64,000 nt of DNA from Phoronis australis (Eukaryota > Animalia > Phoronida). This document shows, piece after piece, positions 14,163 through 27,519 of the stretch. Positions within the stretch are counted from its first letter, which is position 1; each line of letters starts with the position of its first letter. A program made the translations under genes and the position numbers. The notes below the pieces were generated by a model, which saw only the letters and a program-made list of their open reading frames with translations, did no database searches and was not told where the DNA came from. The DNA lies in assembly GCA_002633005.1 (NCBI GenBank), contig NMRA01000836.1:1-64000 (forward strand), given 5' to 3'.

Positions 14163-14942
14163 CAGTGGCGGATCTAGGATATCACAAGGGGGGGCCCAAC
14201 ATTTTGTCCGGCTGTAAGCATTTGCGCAAAGTGAACCACAATTGTAGATGCGCATAGCACCGAATGGGGGGAGGTCGGGACGGGAAAAAACGGAGAACGT
14301 GTCAAACAGGAAAAGCTGAACGTACCAAAGACTCTAACTCACGACCTGGCACATACAAAGCGTGTGCGTTACCAATACACCACCACGATTTAACTACATT
14401 CATACTAAAAGACCTACTTGGTTATGGTCCACAGCGTTTGCGCGCGAAACCTACTTGTTTTCGTAATGTTATACGTTTAGTATTTTGTGCCATCAATTCT
14501 TAGCAAATTTGTCGTATTTAAAATAGTCTTCAAATGCCCAAAAGACCAAATCCGTTTTTCGTGTTGGCAATAATGACGGGATTGCTTTGGAAATCTTCTT
14601 AAGATAAGGCTTGACAAAGAGAGTATTGCGAGTTTCTGAGTGGTTCACCAAGGCTTCGATTAACATTCACATCTTACCAGCAGCTTCTGTTTTTTCATCG
14701 TCACTCAGGTTCCATTCTCTTTAAAAAATGAAGTAAATTTTCTTCATTGCACAGTGGAGCAGACGACAAAAACGGAGTCGTAGTGCGCAGCGCCACTGCC
14801 GGTCGCCTGGGAAATCGCGGGAGAGCCTATACTTAGCCATAGTTCTGTTACGAATGCGCCATGNATAAACTCCATTTCCCTACGCTCTTACTGTTTTATT
14901 GTTTTTGCGGCAGCCAAGGGGGGGGGCCTAAATCCGCCTATG
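14163..14942. mobile_element. Non-autonomous DNA transposon, CA...TG termini, 7-bp TSD GTCTGTT
   Basis: TIR CAGTGGCGGATCTAGG / CCTAAATCCGCCTATG; TSD at 14156-14162 and 14943-14949; empty site at ~1411 in unit 1; internal N at 14864. Confidence 0.85.
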
Positions 14943-17543
14943 GTCTGTTTAAGAAGTTGTTTGCATGTTCTTCCGACTGGGAGTACGTAAGGCTGTGACA
15001 CCCCTTATGTCAATCATAACGTTATCACCATAGACATCACATAGTAGTATTACAATGTCTCGATCGTAATTCCGGCATTGTGTAGCTGGCGCGCGTTTGG
15101 TTGTTTTGTTGTTTTGCAGTGAGGCTTATGGATGTCTACTTTGCACTACTTTGTGATTCGCCCATGTAATATCTCTGATTTAGTTATTGAGGAGAGTTGT
15201 GCCTCCTTTAGGAAGACGTACATTTTCCAATCTGTAATCTATAAGGTAATTTATGGTTTAAAAGATTCCTTCTTTCCCTTATTGCTGAACTTTTTGAAAG
15301 TCCCTTTGAATCGCATTGGATTTAACTGTCAACACCAGTCTGAATGTCAAAATCCTAACAAGGGCGGATCCAGGATTTTGAGTTAGGGGGGCAAGGGCAG
15401 AGTGTTAACCAGCTTCAGACATTCGCACACACGAACTGCTAAATGGAATCTGGCAGAATTTTAGGGGAGGCATGGCCACTTGACCCCCCTGTAAATCCGC
15501 CAAAGCCCAATGTCCATCTACATGCAATGCTTAATGCTTAGCTGTATGCCAACTGTGTAAATGCGCCTAAGTGATAATCTCAGGTCTCCAAATGAAATTT
15601 GAGGTCTCCAAATGCGACTGCATGTAGACAGATCAAAACTGAGGTCGGAGGTCAACGACCTATACGTTGTGCCGCTGTCACCGTTATTTAAAATTACTCT
15701 TATCTCTGCCATTTTTCTTGTAACTATTCAAACATTCGTTGAATATTGCGGTGTATGGAACGCAGGCAGACGATCGGAAAGACTTGACGGGCGTTTCGTG
15801 CTTCAAATTTGCCCTGCATTTGCCGAACAATTCCGTCTTCTGTTTCTTCTCTGTTGTAATCTGAACGCGCGTTTGATATTTGTTGACTGGTGAGGATGGC
15901 CAGTGGCGGATCTGGGATATCATAAGGTGCGCTCAACATTATGTCTCGCCGGGGTATCCAGCCTGAAATATGGGGGCTCGAATTTCTGAGAGAAAGGACC
16001 TTTTACCGAAAACCAACGGGAGCTGCATCGCAATTACCGGGTTAGTTAATAATGAGCTCAATATTTCCTCACCCTTCTGCCGTATTATTTCTCAGCCAAG
16101 GAGGATGGGTCATCCTTCCCTCCCCCCCCCTTAAATCCGCCTATATGTTGGCAAACGCACTGATTTCACGAAGTAAATAGAACACTTGAGAACCAATGGT
16201 ATTGAACATAGGAAAAACTCATTAAGAAATCATGAAAAATTTTAAAACGAACTTCGGGCTGCATGTCATCAAAGCGAGCACTGGTCTAGTGTTCATTCTA
16301 CGGGTGAGTGATGGACTATTCAAGATTTGTATACAGATGACTGCTTTCGTATGTGAGGAATAAATGCCGGTCCAGACATCAGGGAACAACATTTGAACAA
16401 CGTTACTGTTGTCATGCGGTGATCAAACGATGCATTTATGATCGTAAAAGGACACTTTAAATATATTTCGTTTTCATCTGGTCACGATATATATTCAATG
16501 CTTTAACTCAGAAAGCTGTTTCACAGTAGGGGTCTCTACTTAACTACATTTGCATATGTTTGCGTGTGCGTGTCCTTGTAGGAGTGCTCGTGTATGAGTG
16601 TGCGTGCGAGTAAGTGTGCAAAAATGAGTGGTATATCTATATAATGGTGCAATTTGTATGTGGTTATTCACGCTAGACATACATGTAGTGTCTGTAGAAG
16701 CAACTTCAGCCATTGCAAAGTGAGTACAGTTTTGTTCGTGTAACAATGAAAGTTTAGCAAGTGAGTGACCACGGGTATACATCGTCTTTAGCGGAGAGGA
16801 TATTTATTTTCACTGAAGATTTTAGGAATGTTAAAACATAAACGATCAGTTGCTGTGACTGATTTTTGAAATGGAGTCGTAAGTTTAGGATTGTAGTAGG
16901 CGAAATGTAACAATAAAGTTTCCTAAAAGATCTGAACGACACAAGTTAATTGGTGCATTGCTTCTGTTGTGCAAAGTCAAAATGATAAAATTTTGAGATG
17001 AAAGTGTGAAATACTTTGGCACAATAAGTTTTTCCCATCTTCTCATAACATTCGTATGGCCTTTTGCTGTTTCCAAACCCATGTTCTATTGTTCTCAAAT
17101 GTAATTAGCCATATCATTTGTACTTCATGTAAGTTTATGGTAAACACAATGCTATTGTCTTAAGATTTTAGTGCTTTGCTTGTAGTGAGGGATTTGGTAA
17201 CAGTGGTGTCCTTGAGAATAATTTCACTTTCAGGTATGAACGGATGGTTTCGAGTGCCGATTTGTCTGGAGGATATCAGAACTCGATTATTCGTCCGACT
17301 GGACATGTCAGATTTTTTGACAATCGAGCCGAGCAAACAGCAAAAATTGGCTTATTTAGAAAACTTGTTGGGGGAAATCACGCCACCGCTTTATTTGTGC
17401 GTCGAATGATGACATTACAGTAGACTGAATTGAGTTATGGTTTTGACCTGGAGACGACCCCGATCGTCATATCTATAGAAAAGCGCAGCCTTAGTTAACA
17501 CGCTACGAAGCCGGGCAAACAAAGACTATCGAGATTCAAGCTC

Positions 17544-20500
17544 ATGATGACATCGCATCCGTATTCAGCCAAGGAGTATGCCGACACTTTCCCCCAACCT
17601 AAGTTGGATGAAGAGTATACGAAGGGTCGTCTACAAGGAAAGGTAGCCATAGTGACCGGTGGTAACTACGGAATTGGCCGAGCCATCGTGGAAAGATTCA
17701 GGTATGCACATTGCTAGCATGTGTAAAATGGTGATTGGAAGCGAAGTGGTCTACACATGTACGCGCGCAGATAAACTAACAGAAAACCACTTGCATTATA
17801 GGCATTGCCTTACATCCCCTGATAGGTTTGATGAGTGAAATGTCTCGATCGATGAGATTTCCCATACCAAAAGACCATGTTTGCCGCAAGCTTGCAGCAA
17901 ACATGCTGCAAGCTTGCGGCAAATAATTTTGTTTGTAGCAAACCAGCCGCAAAGTTTGCAGGAGTTTGCCGCTACCCGCAACTCAGCCGCACACATTGCC
18001 GCAACCTTGCTGCAAACACTGAAGTTTGCAGGAATGTTGCGGCAAACTTGGTGATTGAAAAAGTGTTTGCGGGGAAGTTGACTCTCGGATTCTCGTGTGC
18101 CATCCCTTGTCTTTCCGAATGGAGTAGGCTCTCGCAGCCAGCTTTCCTCGTTTCTGTTTCAAAACTACTGGCAAATCTGTGCGGAAAACTATGCCATCCC
18201 TTACCTGTCTGTTCCAACTTGCTCTCCATACTCGATCCCTGCCAAAAATTGACATAAATTTGACCACCACTGGGTCGGGCGACTCGTCGTGTTTAACTTT
18301 TCGGGGAATTCGATGAACGTTTACGATAGAAAATGTACTCGCAAAGTCTGGGGCTATACCGAGAGAGACGACCAAATCTCTCACCTTCGACTGTATGTCT
18401 TCTTTAATCCCGTCAGAGTCATTCAANCGGGAAAGTTGCAGGAAACTTTATTGGTGAAAAAATGTTTGGGGGAAAGTTGCAGGAAACTTTATTGATGAAA
18501 AAGTGTTTGCGGGAAAGTTGCAGGAAACTTTATTGGTGAAAAAGTGTTTGCGGGAAAGTTGCATGAAACTTTATTGGTGAAAAAGTGTTTGCGGGAAAGT
18601 TGCAGGAAACTTTATTGGTGAAAAGTGTTCTCAGGAATAGGTGAAAAAGTGCTTGCATGAAATTTGCAATAAACTTCAATGTTTTAAGTGTTAGCATTAA
18701 TGTGACAATGTTAGAAATTGTGAAATTGTTTTTATTTTCTAAATTTCAAAGAAACCTCAAATCCGAGAACCTAAGCAGGACAGTTACTTATTTTAGTTTA
18801 CTTACCTAAATGTGACCTATTGTTGGGTAAGTTACATCGTTAAAAACACCAAATGCTCAAAGATGACCAAATGCGACCTAAAACACTAGAGAATATATGT
18901 ATGTTCTTTGTTTTTTATTCAGTCACTATACTTAACAAGTTTTCATACTGCTGTCAAAGTCAGTACAGCAAAATATTAAATGCAATTGCTTTAAAACAAC
19001 AAAGGCAGTGTTACCTGCATGTTGTGTAAACAAGCACAATAAATATTCATACAAACCATACACAAATATATGATCCAGTTTTACCAAATGTGCAAGTATT
19101 AGCATTTAGAGCAATTTGTACTTTTCCAACATTTGAAATTATCTCATAATCAGGTGGTAGCTGCCAGTCTGCAGCTACAGTAAAATTTTGTCTATTTCGG
19201 ACAAAAATAATTGCCAAAAATTACTCATTTTGATTTTTCAAGGACATGTAGCATTGTTGTGAAGACTCACAATTGTTCAACATATTATCGGACTTGGATA
19301 TGACTCGTGATTCTTGTGGTACTGCCACATTATTTATGAAAAAATAGGAAATTTAATTTCACTAGTGTCCTTATTTTATTGTTTTATGTTTCTAGGGTTA
19401 TTGTTCACTTTAATCATACTAGCCCAGCTACATGTTGAACTGCTAGGACAGTTTTCAAGGAATGCCTCTTGAAATACATTAATGTTTAATGCCTCTAGGG
19501 CTGTTGATTGTTTATTTAAATTATGCTAGCCCAGCCACATGTTGATCTGGTGGGACTGTTATCAAGGAAAGCATGTGGTTGTCAAGGTTACATGCCTGGG
19601 AAGTGACCTATAAACTTTCATTTGAACCAAATTCAAAGGTTTTGGTACAGCCTAGATACTACATGGATAACTGAAGTGAGTTTTGAATTTAAAATTGTAT
19701 TTATATTGATGTGCTTGTTAAGTAAAATTACTTAAACTTCATTCATGAACCAGTAGTTTCGGTCTTACAAACAAAAGGAAGTTGATTTTCTTACTGATTC
19801 AGCCAAATTGGAGGTTATAATGGTTAGGGAAAAGTACAGCACAGATTTCAAATGAGTTAACTGGAGTTGAGACCAGAATCAACTAGTTTCCAAAACGTTG
19901 TCAAGTAACATGTAACCAGTCCTTCAAAATAATCACTTAATTGAGACAGTAAAACTTAGGTTTGTGTCAATTTTCACATCGCTCTCTGACTGTTTGATTC
20001 ACAATAGGAACAACAAATTTTTATTTTGGTTAAATGCATGGTAACTATTGGGCACAAAATAAGATTAGCATATTGTAACTACTGGTAGGTGTTTTTACTG
20101 TCATCACTTTCAGTCATATGCATTCTCAGTCTGCAGTCAAACTATTGAACACAAGTTTAACTGTCTGTTCATACATGAGCAGAAGAGCAAAAGTTCGACT
20201 TAAAACGTAATTGAGATTCTAATAATGCTATCACAAATGCCTTTTTGTGGAAAGTGAAATGGCATTCATATTTTAGGTTTGTGAATATTGAGTGACATAA
20301 TGTACTTGATGAAAGCCAGAGACACTGCAGAGGTTACGAGGCAACAAGTTCGAGTTGAAAACACCGGAACAAATGGCGTACACAGCATCTCAAGGTTGAT
20401 TCGAACAAACATGGATGAAAACACTAGCGATCATCCCATATCAACCCTATGGAACACCTCCGATTGCTGTAATGCAGATTAGTCTGGAGTAGAATGTGTT

Positions 20501-23500
20501 TAGAACGTCCACTAGTGTGGTAATAACTTGGTATAACCTCTGTAGTTGTTCTTTTCAACACCATGGTAATATTGTAGAATAGAAAGGTATAATTTATGGT
20601 TGATGCCTTAGATAAATGAATGATGTTATTGGATGATATCGCTATAATCGAAATATTGCAAATTTCAACATATGCCTACAAGTTAAATGATAGCCCATTC
20701 AGTAGATTGATGTATCATGAAACCATATTGGGAAGCAAAAATAGTTATCGTTGAAGTATTCTACAGTTCTCAAGTATTTTAGATGAACATGGGAAAAATA
20801 AATATGTTTATAATTGTTAAGAGTGATTTTTTCACTTGACAAGTAATGAGGTAATTTAAAATAAAATGCTTAAATATGCTCGACATGCAGTTCTAAGCAT
20901 GCCTTTCCACGGGGGAAAGTCAGGTTTCATGCTTTTCTCCACTGGCATTCGACATATTTTGCGCCATTTTCAATGCTAATAAAAACTCCGTTGGGTGCAT
21001 TTCAACGCTCTGTGTTGCTGTTGTTAGTTTAGTCAAGTAAATAATATCGTTGTTGCAATTATTATAGATTTTGTCGTGCTTTAAGAATAAAACATCTTGG
21101 TATATTGTAATTAAAGCTTGGCATACATTTCAAGTTGTTCTCTCAAGATACAATTTTGATTGTAATACAAGTATTATTACTAATTGCCACTATAGACACT
21201 TTTATAGTTTCTGTTATTCATTGTCATGTGATTTTCATTTCATTTCTAGTCATTATACATCAGATTGAATATTAACATGTTAAATCTAGTGTGCAACTGA
21301 TTGTGTATTTTCTTGCTTTAACAAGCAGGCATGCAATAAAAATTATGTATTTGTCAGCTGGCATTTTTGCATTAAGTTATTTATGCCAAGTATGTTGTAG
21401 GCTTGCAGCAATATTTTTTTCTGGCGGTTCGCAGAAACTTCTATATAACCCCATGAAGATGTTTGCGGCAAGCTTGCAGCAATCTGTGCGGCTGGGTTGC
21501 AGGAACTGTTCCATATAAGGACATAGAGATTTTGCGGCAAGCTTGCGGCAATGTGTGCGGCTGGGTTGCAGGAACTGTTCCATATAAGGACATAGAGATG
21601 TTTGCTGCATGCTTGCGGCAAACTTCATTTGAATGGTAAAAGTTCGCTGCATGTTTGCGGCAAGCATGCCGCAAGCTTGCGGCAATGTTTGCGGCTGGTT
21701 TGCAGGAAATTTGCATCCACTCTTTGGTCAGAGTTGATTCTACGTGTTTGCGGCTGGTTTGCAGAAACTTTTGCAGCAAGCTTGCCGCAGCTTTGCGGAA
21801 GCTTGCGGCAAGTGTTTGCAGGAGGGCTTTTTTGGTATGGGATTCTCAGTTCTTTCATGTGCTAGTGTCCACCATGTAGGCATATAGCTTTTCAGAGTGG
21901 TTTATCACTAAAAAGAACACCCCTTACAAGCAAAAATCGGTGAAAACGGAACATTGAGCATATTCTGTAAACGAAATCCTGTCGTACTTTTACTAACTGA
22001 GTACTTATGGTTTTGACTCGTGCTTTCGGGAGGTTAGTGATCAGGAGTGTTGGGAACAACTGTGGAATTGAGTGCCTGGACACACGTAATTCCGTGTGTG
22101 GGCATCAATGCGCATGCTTGATCGGAAGTTTATCGATCACATCGCCATCACTTGCAAACGCATTCTGTGCTCATGTGCCTCCTGGCTCATATAGGCTCAT
22201 GGTTATCACTGTTGTCTTAGGGTTAATCTTTGTTCTCCGAAATCAAATGTTTCCTGTCGTTCCTTCCCTTTAACAGTAGTTACGTTTGAGCATAATCTCC
22301 CTTCATTTTTTCCACCCACTACCACCCCGTTTTCCGGCGTTTCCTCTTAACTGAGTCCCGGCTAGGCTTTTATTGTTCATCTTATTTTATGTTTATTTAT
22401 TATTTTACACTCATATTTCTGTACAGTACGTTATCAATCATAATTAATGGTCTCATCGCCTACATAATGGTCTCCTTTTTATCTCTGGAAACGGAGCTTG
22501 CGATGCACCTATCATTTTCGAGACATACTTCGAACATAAATTGCAACTCTTGAAATCGAAGCCGGTGGTCGTAATACTACGTAAGAGTAAACTGAGATCG
22601 TTTCCTAGACGTCAACCAATGACAATGACTGAATGTTATGACACCGGTTTCATTATCTTTAACCGATGACATGAGAAGCTATGATTAACAACATGCTACA
22701 GTGCTACTGACCTTTCGTAACACTGTGAAATAGAGTGTACCTGAACCATTGATAAGGCAACGACGTACTTAATATCTGCTACGTGTTAACGCTCTAGTTA
22801 CGTTGACCCCTAGCCCAGACAGCATGAGCTAAAAATGTTGTGTTTGATCTGCCAGTGGTGCAGACGTACCCGGTCACGGTCACAAATAGCGAGTGTAAAC
22901 GTTCTTTAGTTCAATGCCAACGAGTGCTTGACAAAGAAGGCTTTTTAAGAGACAGAACGGGTTTATCTATTATAGTATGGCTGTTCATTAAATGTAGCTT
23001 AAAATGCATGTCACCCTATTTACCTGGCACAAAACCTAAAATCTTATCAGGGTTTTACTCTCATAGGTTCGCTCTTAAAGTCCTATCACGGCATAGAATG
23101 TCTTTTATGAGACTAATTTTTAATAGTCTACGTCTATTTTCGTTTCCTGCCAGTTTAACAGGAGTGACACCAGTGTTTAACTCTTTGTTTGTATTAAAGT
23201 CCGGTTCATATACGTGGTGCTGTTACTTTACGGTAAGGACTAAAGCGGCTAGAAAGTAAAACTTACATTTTCCAAGTCTACAGCCTGTGAACTACTAATT
23301 GAAATTCCACGTAGCACAAACTCGACAATCATGATAATATCTAGAGAAAATAAAATAATAAGACATCCACTTTCCCTTATGAAAAAAAAACACGAAGCAG
23401 CTGGAAGGGACAAATAACATGTACGAGACAAGGTGAGACCTCGATAAAATAAAAATCGATCCCATTTGCAGACATAAAAGCATCATTTGCAATGGCGAAA

Positions 23501-26500
23501 CACGATTTTGAGCGAGAATTAGACATTATCATGCAGACAGAGAGGAGAATGTATACGGGAATCAAACTTTAATACTTGAAAAATCAAATACTGAATTCGA
23601 TTTCCCACTTAGCGAACTTTCGTCGGCCTTGAGGGCGTATGAACTTGATCGACGTGCAAGAGAAATGCTGCAGATATAACAGTTTTGCACCAGAAGATAC
23701 GTTTGGGACCGGATTGCATGTTGAGTGTTATTTATACTGCTGCAATTATATTACTTCAAACTATTTTGATGATCGAACGACGTCGAGTCGACGTTGGCCG
23801 ACCTTTTGAACTTTCCATGTCAGAGGGCACTGTTGAAGTACATGTACACTGTAGTGCGGAGAGGAATACGGAAGACAATATCACATGGTTGTATTGCACT
23901 CGACTGATTCAACGTGTATGGGATAAAATATATTAAATCAATCCGAAAATGAAAGGGCATTGTAGTCTCTTTAACAGAAAGCTATTTGTCAAATTTCATA
24001 TCACGTACGTCACATGAACATCTTCTCCGTCGAGGTTTTTAAGGGCTTGGAGCTTGGGTCTATTCTTATTATATTTGTTGTGTCCAGGCATAATATTAAC
24101 GGGGTTCTGTCATATGATTCTTCACAACAAGAAAAGCTGGAACTAAGTTCCCAGGAGCTGTTTCATCTATGGCATCGATTATACAACTATAGGCCACTCC
24201 CTAGGTTGATATCAGGTCATGTGAACTGAGGAGAGCAATTTGGTCTTATGATTAGGTTTAGTACGTTTTGATTTACGCTTTCTGTCAGGGTTTATGTTTG
24301 CGACGTGAGATTCATCAGAACACATATAGTGACACGTCCCGGCGGCAGGAATGAAACGTGATATTCCGCGGTTTGCTCATCAACATCTTCCTAAAAAGGA
24401 AGTTGAAGTACTACATTTTGCACATCAGACAGCAGAAGTATCCGTGGTCGTGTAGTAACTTTTTATAAATTAGCAAAAATGAGGGTTGACATTTCAATTT
24501 TATGGAAGCTTATTACATGGCTTCTTAATAAAATTTCATTGGAAATCATTTTCTTTGTTGTCTTTAAATAACATCACAGCGAAGAATGGTGCTTAAAGAG
24601 GCCTTTGGTTTCAGCTCCGATGGCGCCATCGTCGCCATCTTTGCCAGAAACGAGGAATGTGGCAACGCTGTCGTGAAGGAGACCAACGCCACAGGTGGCA
24701 GGGTATCTTATTATAAGGTGGACGTGACAGATAGAAAGACATGTCAAGAGGCTGTGAAAGCTGTGGCCGATGCCAACGATGGAAGGATTGATATACTGGT
24801 AAACAACGCCGCAAACGTGGACGCACTCGGGGGTAAGTCTTTAGTTTGTAGCTTGTGTAGCTAAAACATTAATTTAAGGACCACTGAGATTTCTTCAAAT
24901 AGAGGAAATGCTTACGATCTTTTAAAAGACAGGACAGTCACGCATCGCTGAGATTAGTCTTGCCAATGTCTCGCGATACTACTGCGACCACTGACATCAT
25001 AATAACATGATGTCTAGGACTGCGACATTAACATCATGTTCGCACGTCATCTACATAATATTTGCAAGACAAAATTGAGAATGTTTTACACAGCAAATTC
25101 GGTTCCTATTCCGCAAATATCTAACAAACGCTGTGCACAATATTTTCAACACAATCTAAGAAGGTTACATAAAACCGGTTCGAAACACCTCAGTCAACTA
25201 TGCGACTATTATGAGTAAAGTATTTTTCCGAACCTCTCAAATAGAAGAAAGCGGTACCACGGTCGAACACAGGATGGTACTCAGTGGTACTTAGAGGCCT
25301 ACAAGTTTGTGTATTCAACCAAATATTTGGAAAACTGAAGATTTTAACTCAGAAGAAATTAACATTTTCTGAAGCTAGATTGCTTGTAGCACTTGATTTT
25401 TGAGTTTATGCCAATATACCATTTTTGGGTCACATGACTATGTCTTTAGTGAAATTGTCAATCAAAATTAAGGTTAAAATGAACAAATGCTCACTGACCA
25501 GATTTCGTTCATGACTTGGTTTGTGTGTAATATGATATTCGTAACATTTTTTTTCTGTTATCTTGTCACAGTGGAGTTCACAAGCTTGTCACAGGAAACT
25601 TTGGAGAAGACACTGTCCGTCAATGTTGTGGCTTGTGCGTCTCTCGCGCAGGATTGTTTTCCCTATCTGAAGAAGGGTGAGTGTTTTCATTTATTTCATC
25701 GGTCTTGCATGATAAAAAGCAAGAAATGTGGAATCTCTGGTAAGTCTGATCAACATTTGCGATAAAAACCTCAGTGCACCGGTTGGTGACTCCATCTGTA
25801 CACTATTTCCAGTGCTATGAGAGGTAGCATTGTGGAATGGTCGTGTAGATAACACGCAGAAATAAATCTGGACTAAAACTCGTTTGAGTGGAAAGACGGA
25901 AATGCCCAGTGTAAATTCTGGCGACTAGTCTAGGGGTAGCAAGTTCTAATAATAGAGTACATCTTGGTCACGTGCCAGAGTTGGCATGCCATGGGTAGGG
26001 TTCTATGATGTTCTACGCTCCTCGTGTATTGTACAATACAATTACAGGGTTATATACATGTATCTTCTCGGTAATAAATTACTTGCTAAAATGAATTGAA
26101 ATGACAAGGACAGAAACTGGTAAATTTTCAACAAGTTTGGCCTCTGAATTGAAAACTTCCGTCGTCTTCACCAGGACTGCATCGCCAAACTTATAGTTCG
26201 CAGGGCTTCACATTCGACGGTTTGGCTTCACGTTCTTTCATTTTCATAACTTGAGCATGGTCGCGCTTGCCTCAAGATCAAGTTAGTTATCAGAAATTGA
26301 ATGGTGGGGCAGCTTCGATGACATCGGAGTAACGCCTGTTGTGATGTGTGGGGTTGGTTGATCGTTAATATATTAGAAGTGGTTGCAAAGATCTCTTCCA
26401 GGACGTTTCTTCAGAACAAGCAATTTTCACATTCTTCTTCAGGGATCGCACAATTTGCTCCACTTCTGCGTTATCTCAGCGCCACAGCTGTGTTACTTTG

Positions 26501-27519
26501 CGTTGCTGGAAGCCCGGCCTAACAATGATGCGAACGTTGCGAAGTCATCACGGTTAAATGGCGGTCCATTATCAGATTTCAACACCTAAGGAGTACGGCC
26601 CTCCTGATGACGAGTTTGATGTTTTTAGGTGGAAGCAGACACAACAGCTTCCTCAGAAAGTGGAAAGCGTTGCAAGATCTCCTCTTTCCTGTCACAATAT
26701 GAACGGAGGAAGTTCTTTGTAGCTTTAATATTAATTTGCTTTCATTGATTTTAGGTGGGCCGGAAAGTTCTATAGTTAATATCGCGAGCACTGCGTCTGT
26801 GGTTGCCGCACGAACATTTTCGGCATATAATACGTCCAAGGCTGGTCTGGTGATGCTGAGTAAATGCATGGCGCTGGATATATCGTCTTCAGGAGTGAGA
26901 GTCAACTGCGTTAGTCCAGGATGGACGTGGACAGGAATTGTAAGTACAGCTGCATTGCTTGACTGTGGGTTGTATAAGATGAGCAGTCTAGAAAGTAACT
27001 CCTTTTTTTGTAATTCCTTTCATTAAGCGGCTGTAAACCTGCCTTCCTTGGAAATAAAGATTTAGAGTACTTATTGTTGTGATATAGGTAACTGTTCCTT
27101 TGTCAAATTATATACAAATTCGGTTCGTTACTCCTGGACACCAGACTGTTTTTGTAGTTATTTTTGTGAGAAACCGTCTTTACGCATCACAGTGTGGTGC
27201 AAAACGACCGTGTTAAGGAATGGCTCACTAATTTTTTCTTTAATCATTTAGTCAGCGGAAGTAGGTTTAAACAGCTGCTGGAACGCTTAAGGTACATGTT
27301 TATTTCCAGCCTTTGGATCTCTACAAAACTGAGGATGAATTCATAAAGAAGCATGGACGTGCTCAAATGGGCAACAAGGTCATCCCAAGCTCTGGAATAG
27401 CCTCTGTTGTCGCTTTTATATGTAGCAAAGATGCCATGTACATCAATGCTGCTAACATCCTAGTGGATTTGGGCTACACCGCGATGGGACCTGAAGGAAC
27501 CGGCACCAGTTCTGATTAA
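17544..27519 (+). CDS. Classical short-chain dehydrogenase/reductase (SDR), intact copy B, 5 exons, 291 aa
   Basis: Exons 17544-17701, 24615-24832, 25572-25676, 26755-26939, 27310-27519; all GT-AG with consistent phases (876 nt). Motifs: TGGNYGIG (Rossmann TGxxxGxG), DILVNNAA, SIVNIAS (catalytic Ser), YNTSK (YxxxK), VRVNCVSPGWTWT, VDLGYTAMGPE. AATAAA at 27794-27799. Confidence 0.92.
18078..18426 (-). mobile_element. LINE ORF1p-like (RRM/CTD) fragment nested in the DNA transposon
   Basis: IVNVHRIPRK...PDPVVVKF....RDRVW...IVFRTDLPVVLKQKRGKL matches the HR...P.ivkF...DLP...R..L pattern of L1/CR1-type ORF1 proteins; ends at the N at 18427. Confidence 0.65.
18428..18660. repeat. 41-bp tandem repeat (CGGGAAAGTTGCAGGAAACTTTATTGGTGAAAAAGTGTTTG), ~5-6 copies, inside the transposon
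   Basis: Directly visible tandem units. Confidence 0.9.

Larger units (their letters stand above)
17860..21842. mobile_element. ~4-kb non-autonomous DNA transposon (CACTA/CMC-like) in SDR copy B intron 1
   Basis: TIR TCCCATACCAAAA / TTTTGGTATGGGA; 2-bp TSD TT when compared with the empty site gatgagaTTctcag at ~4337; dense subterminal palindromic GCAAGCTTGC repeats at both ends; internal N at 18427. The superfamily call is an inference. Confidence 0.8.

Noticed and set aside
21291-21879. Multiple overlapping Cys/Ala/Gln-rich ORFs (also 17796-18257 and 51140-51640)
   Set aside because: Translations of the GCAAGCTTGC subterminal repeats of the transposon; open in several frames on both strands with no protein motif.
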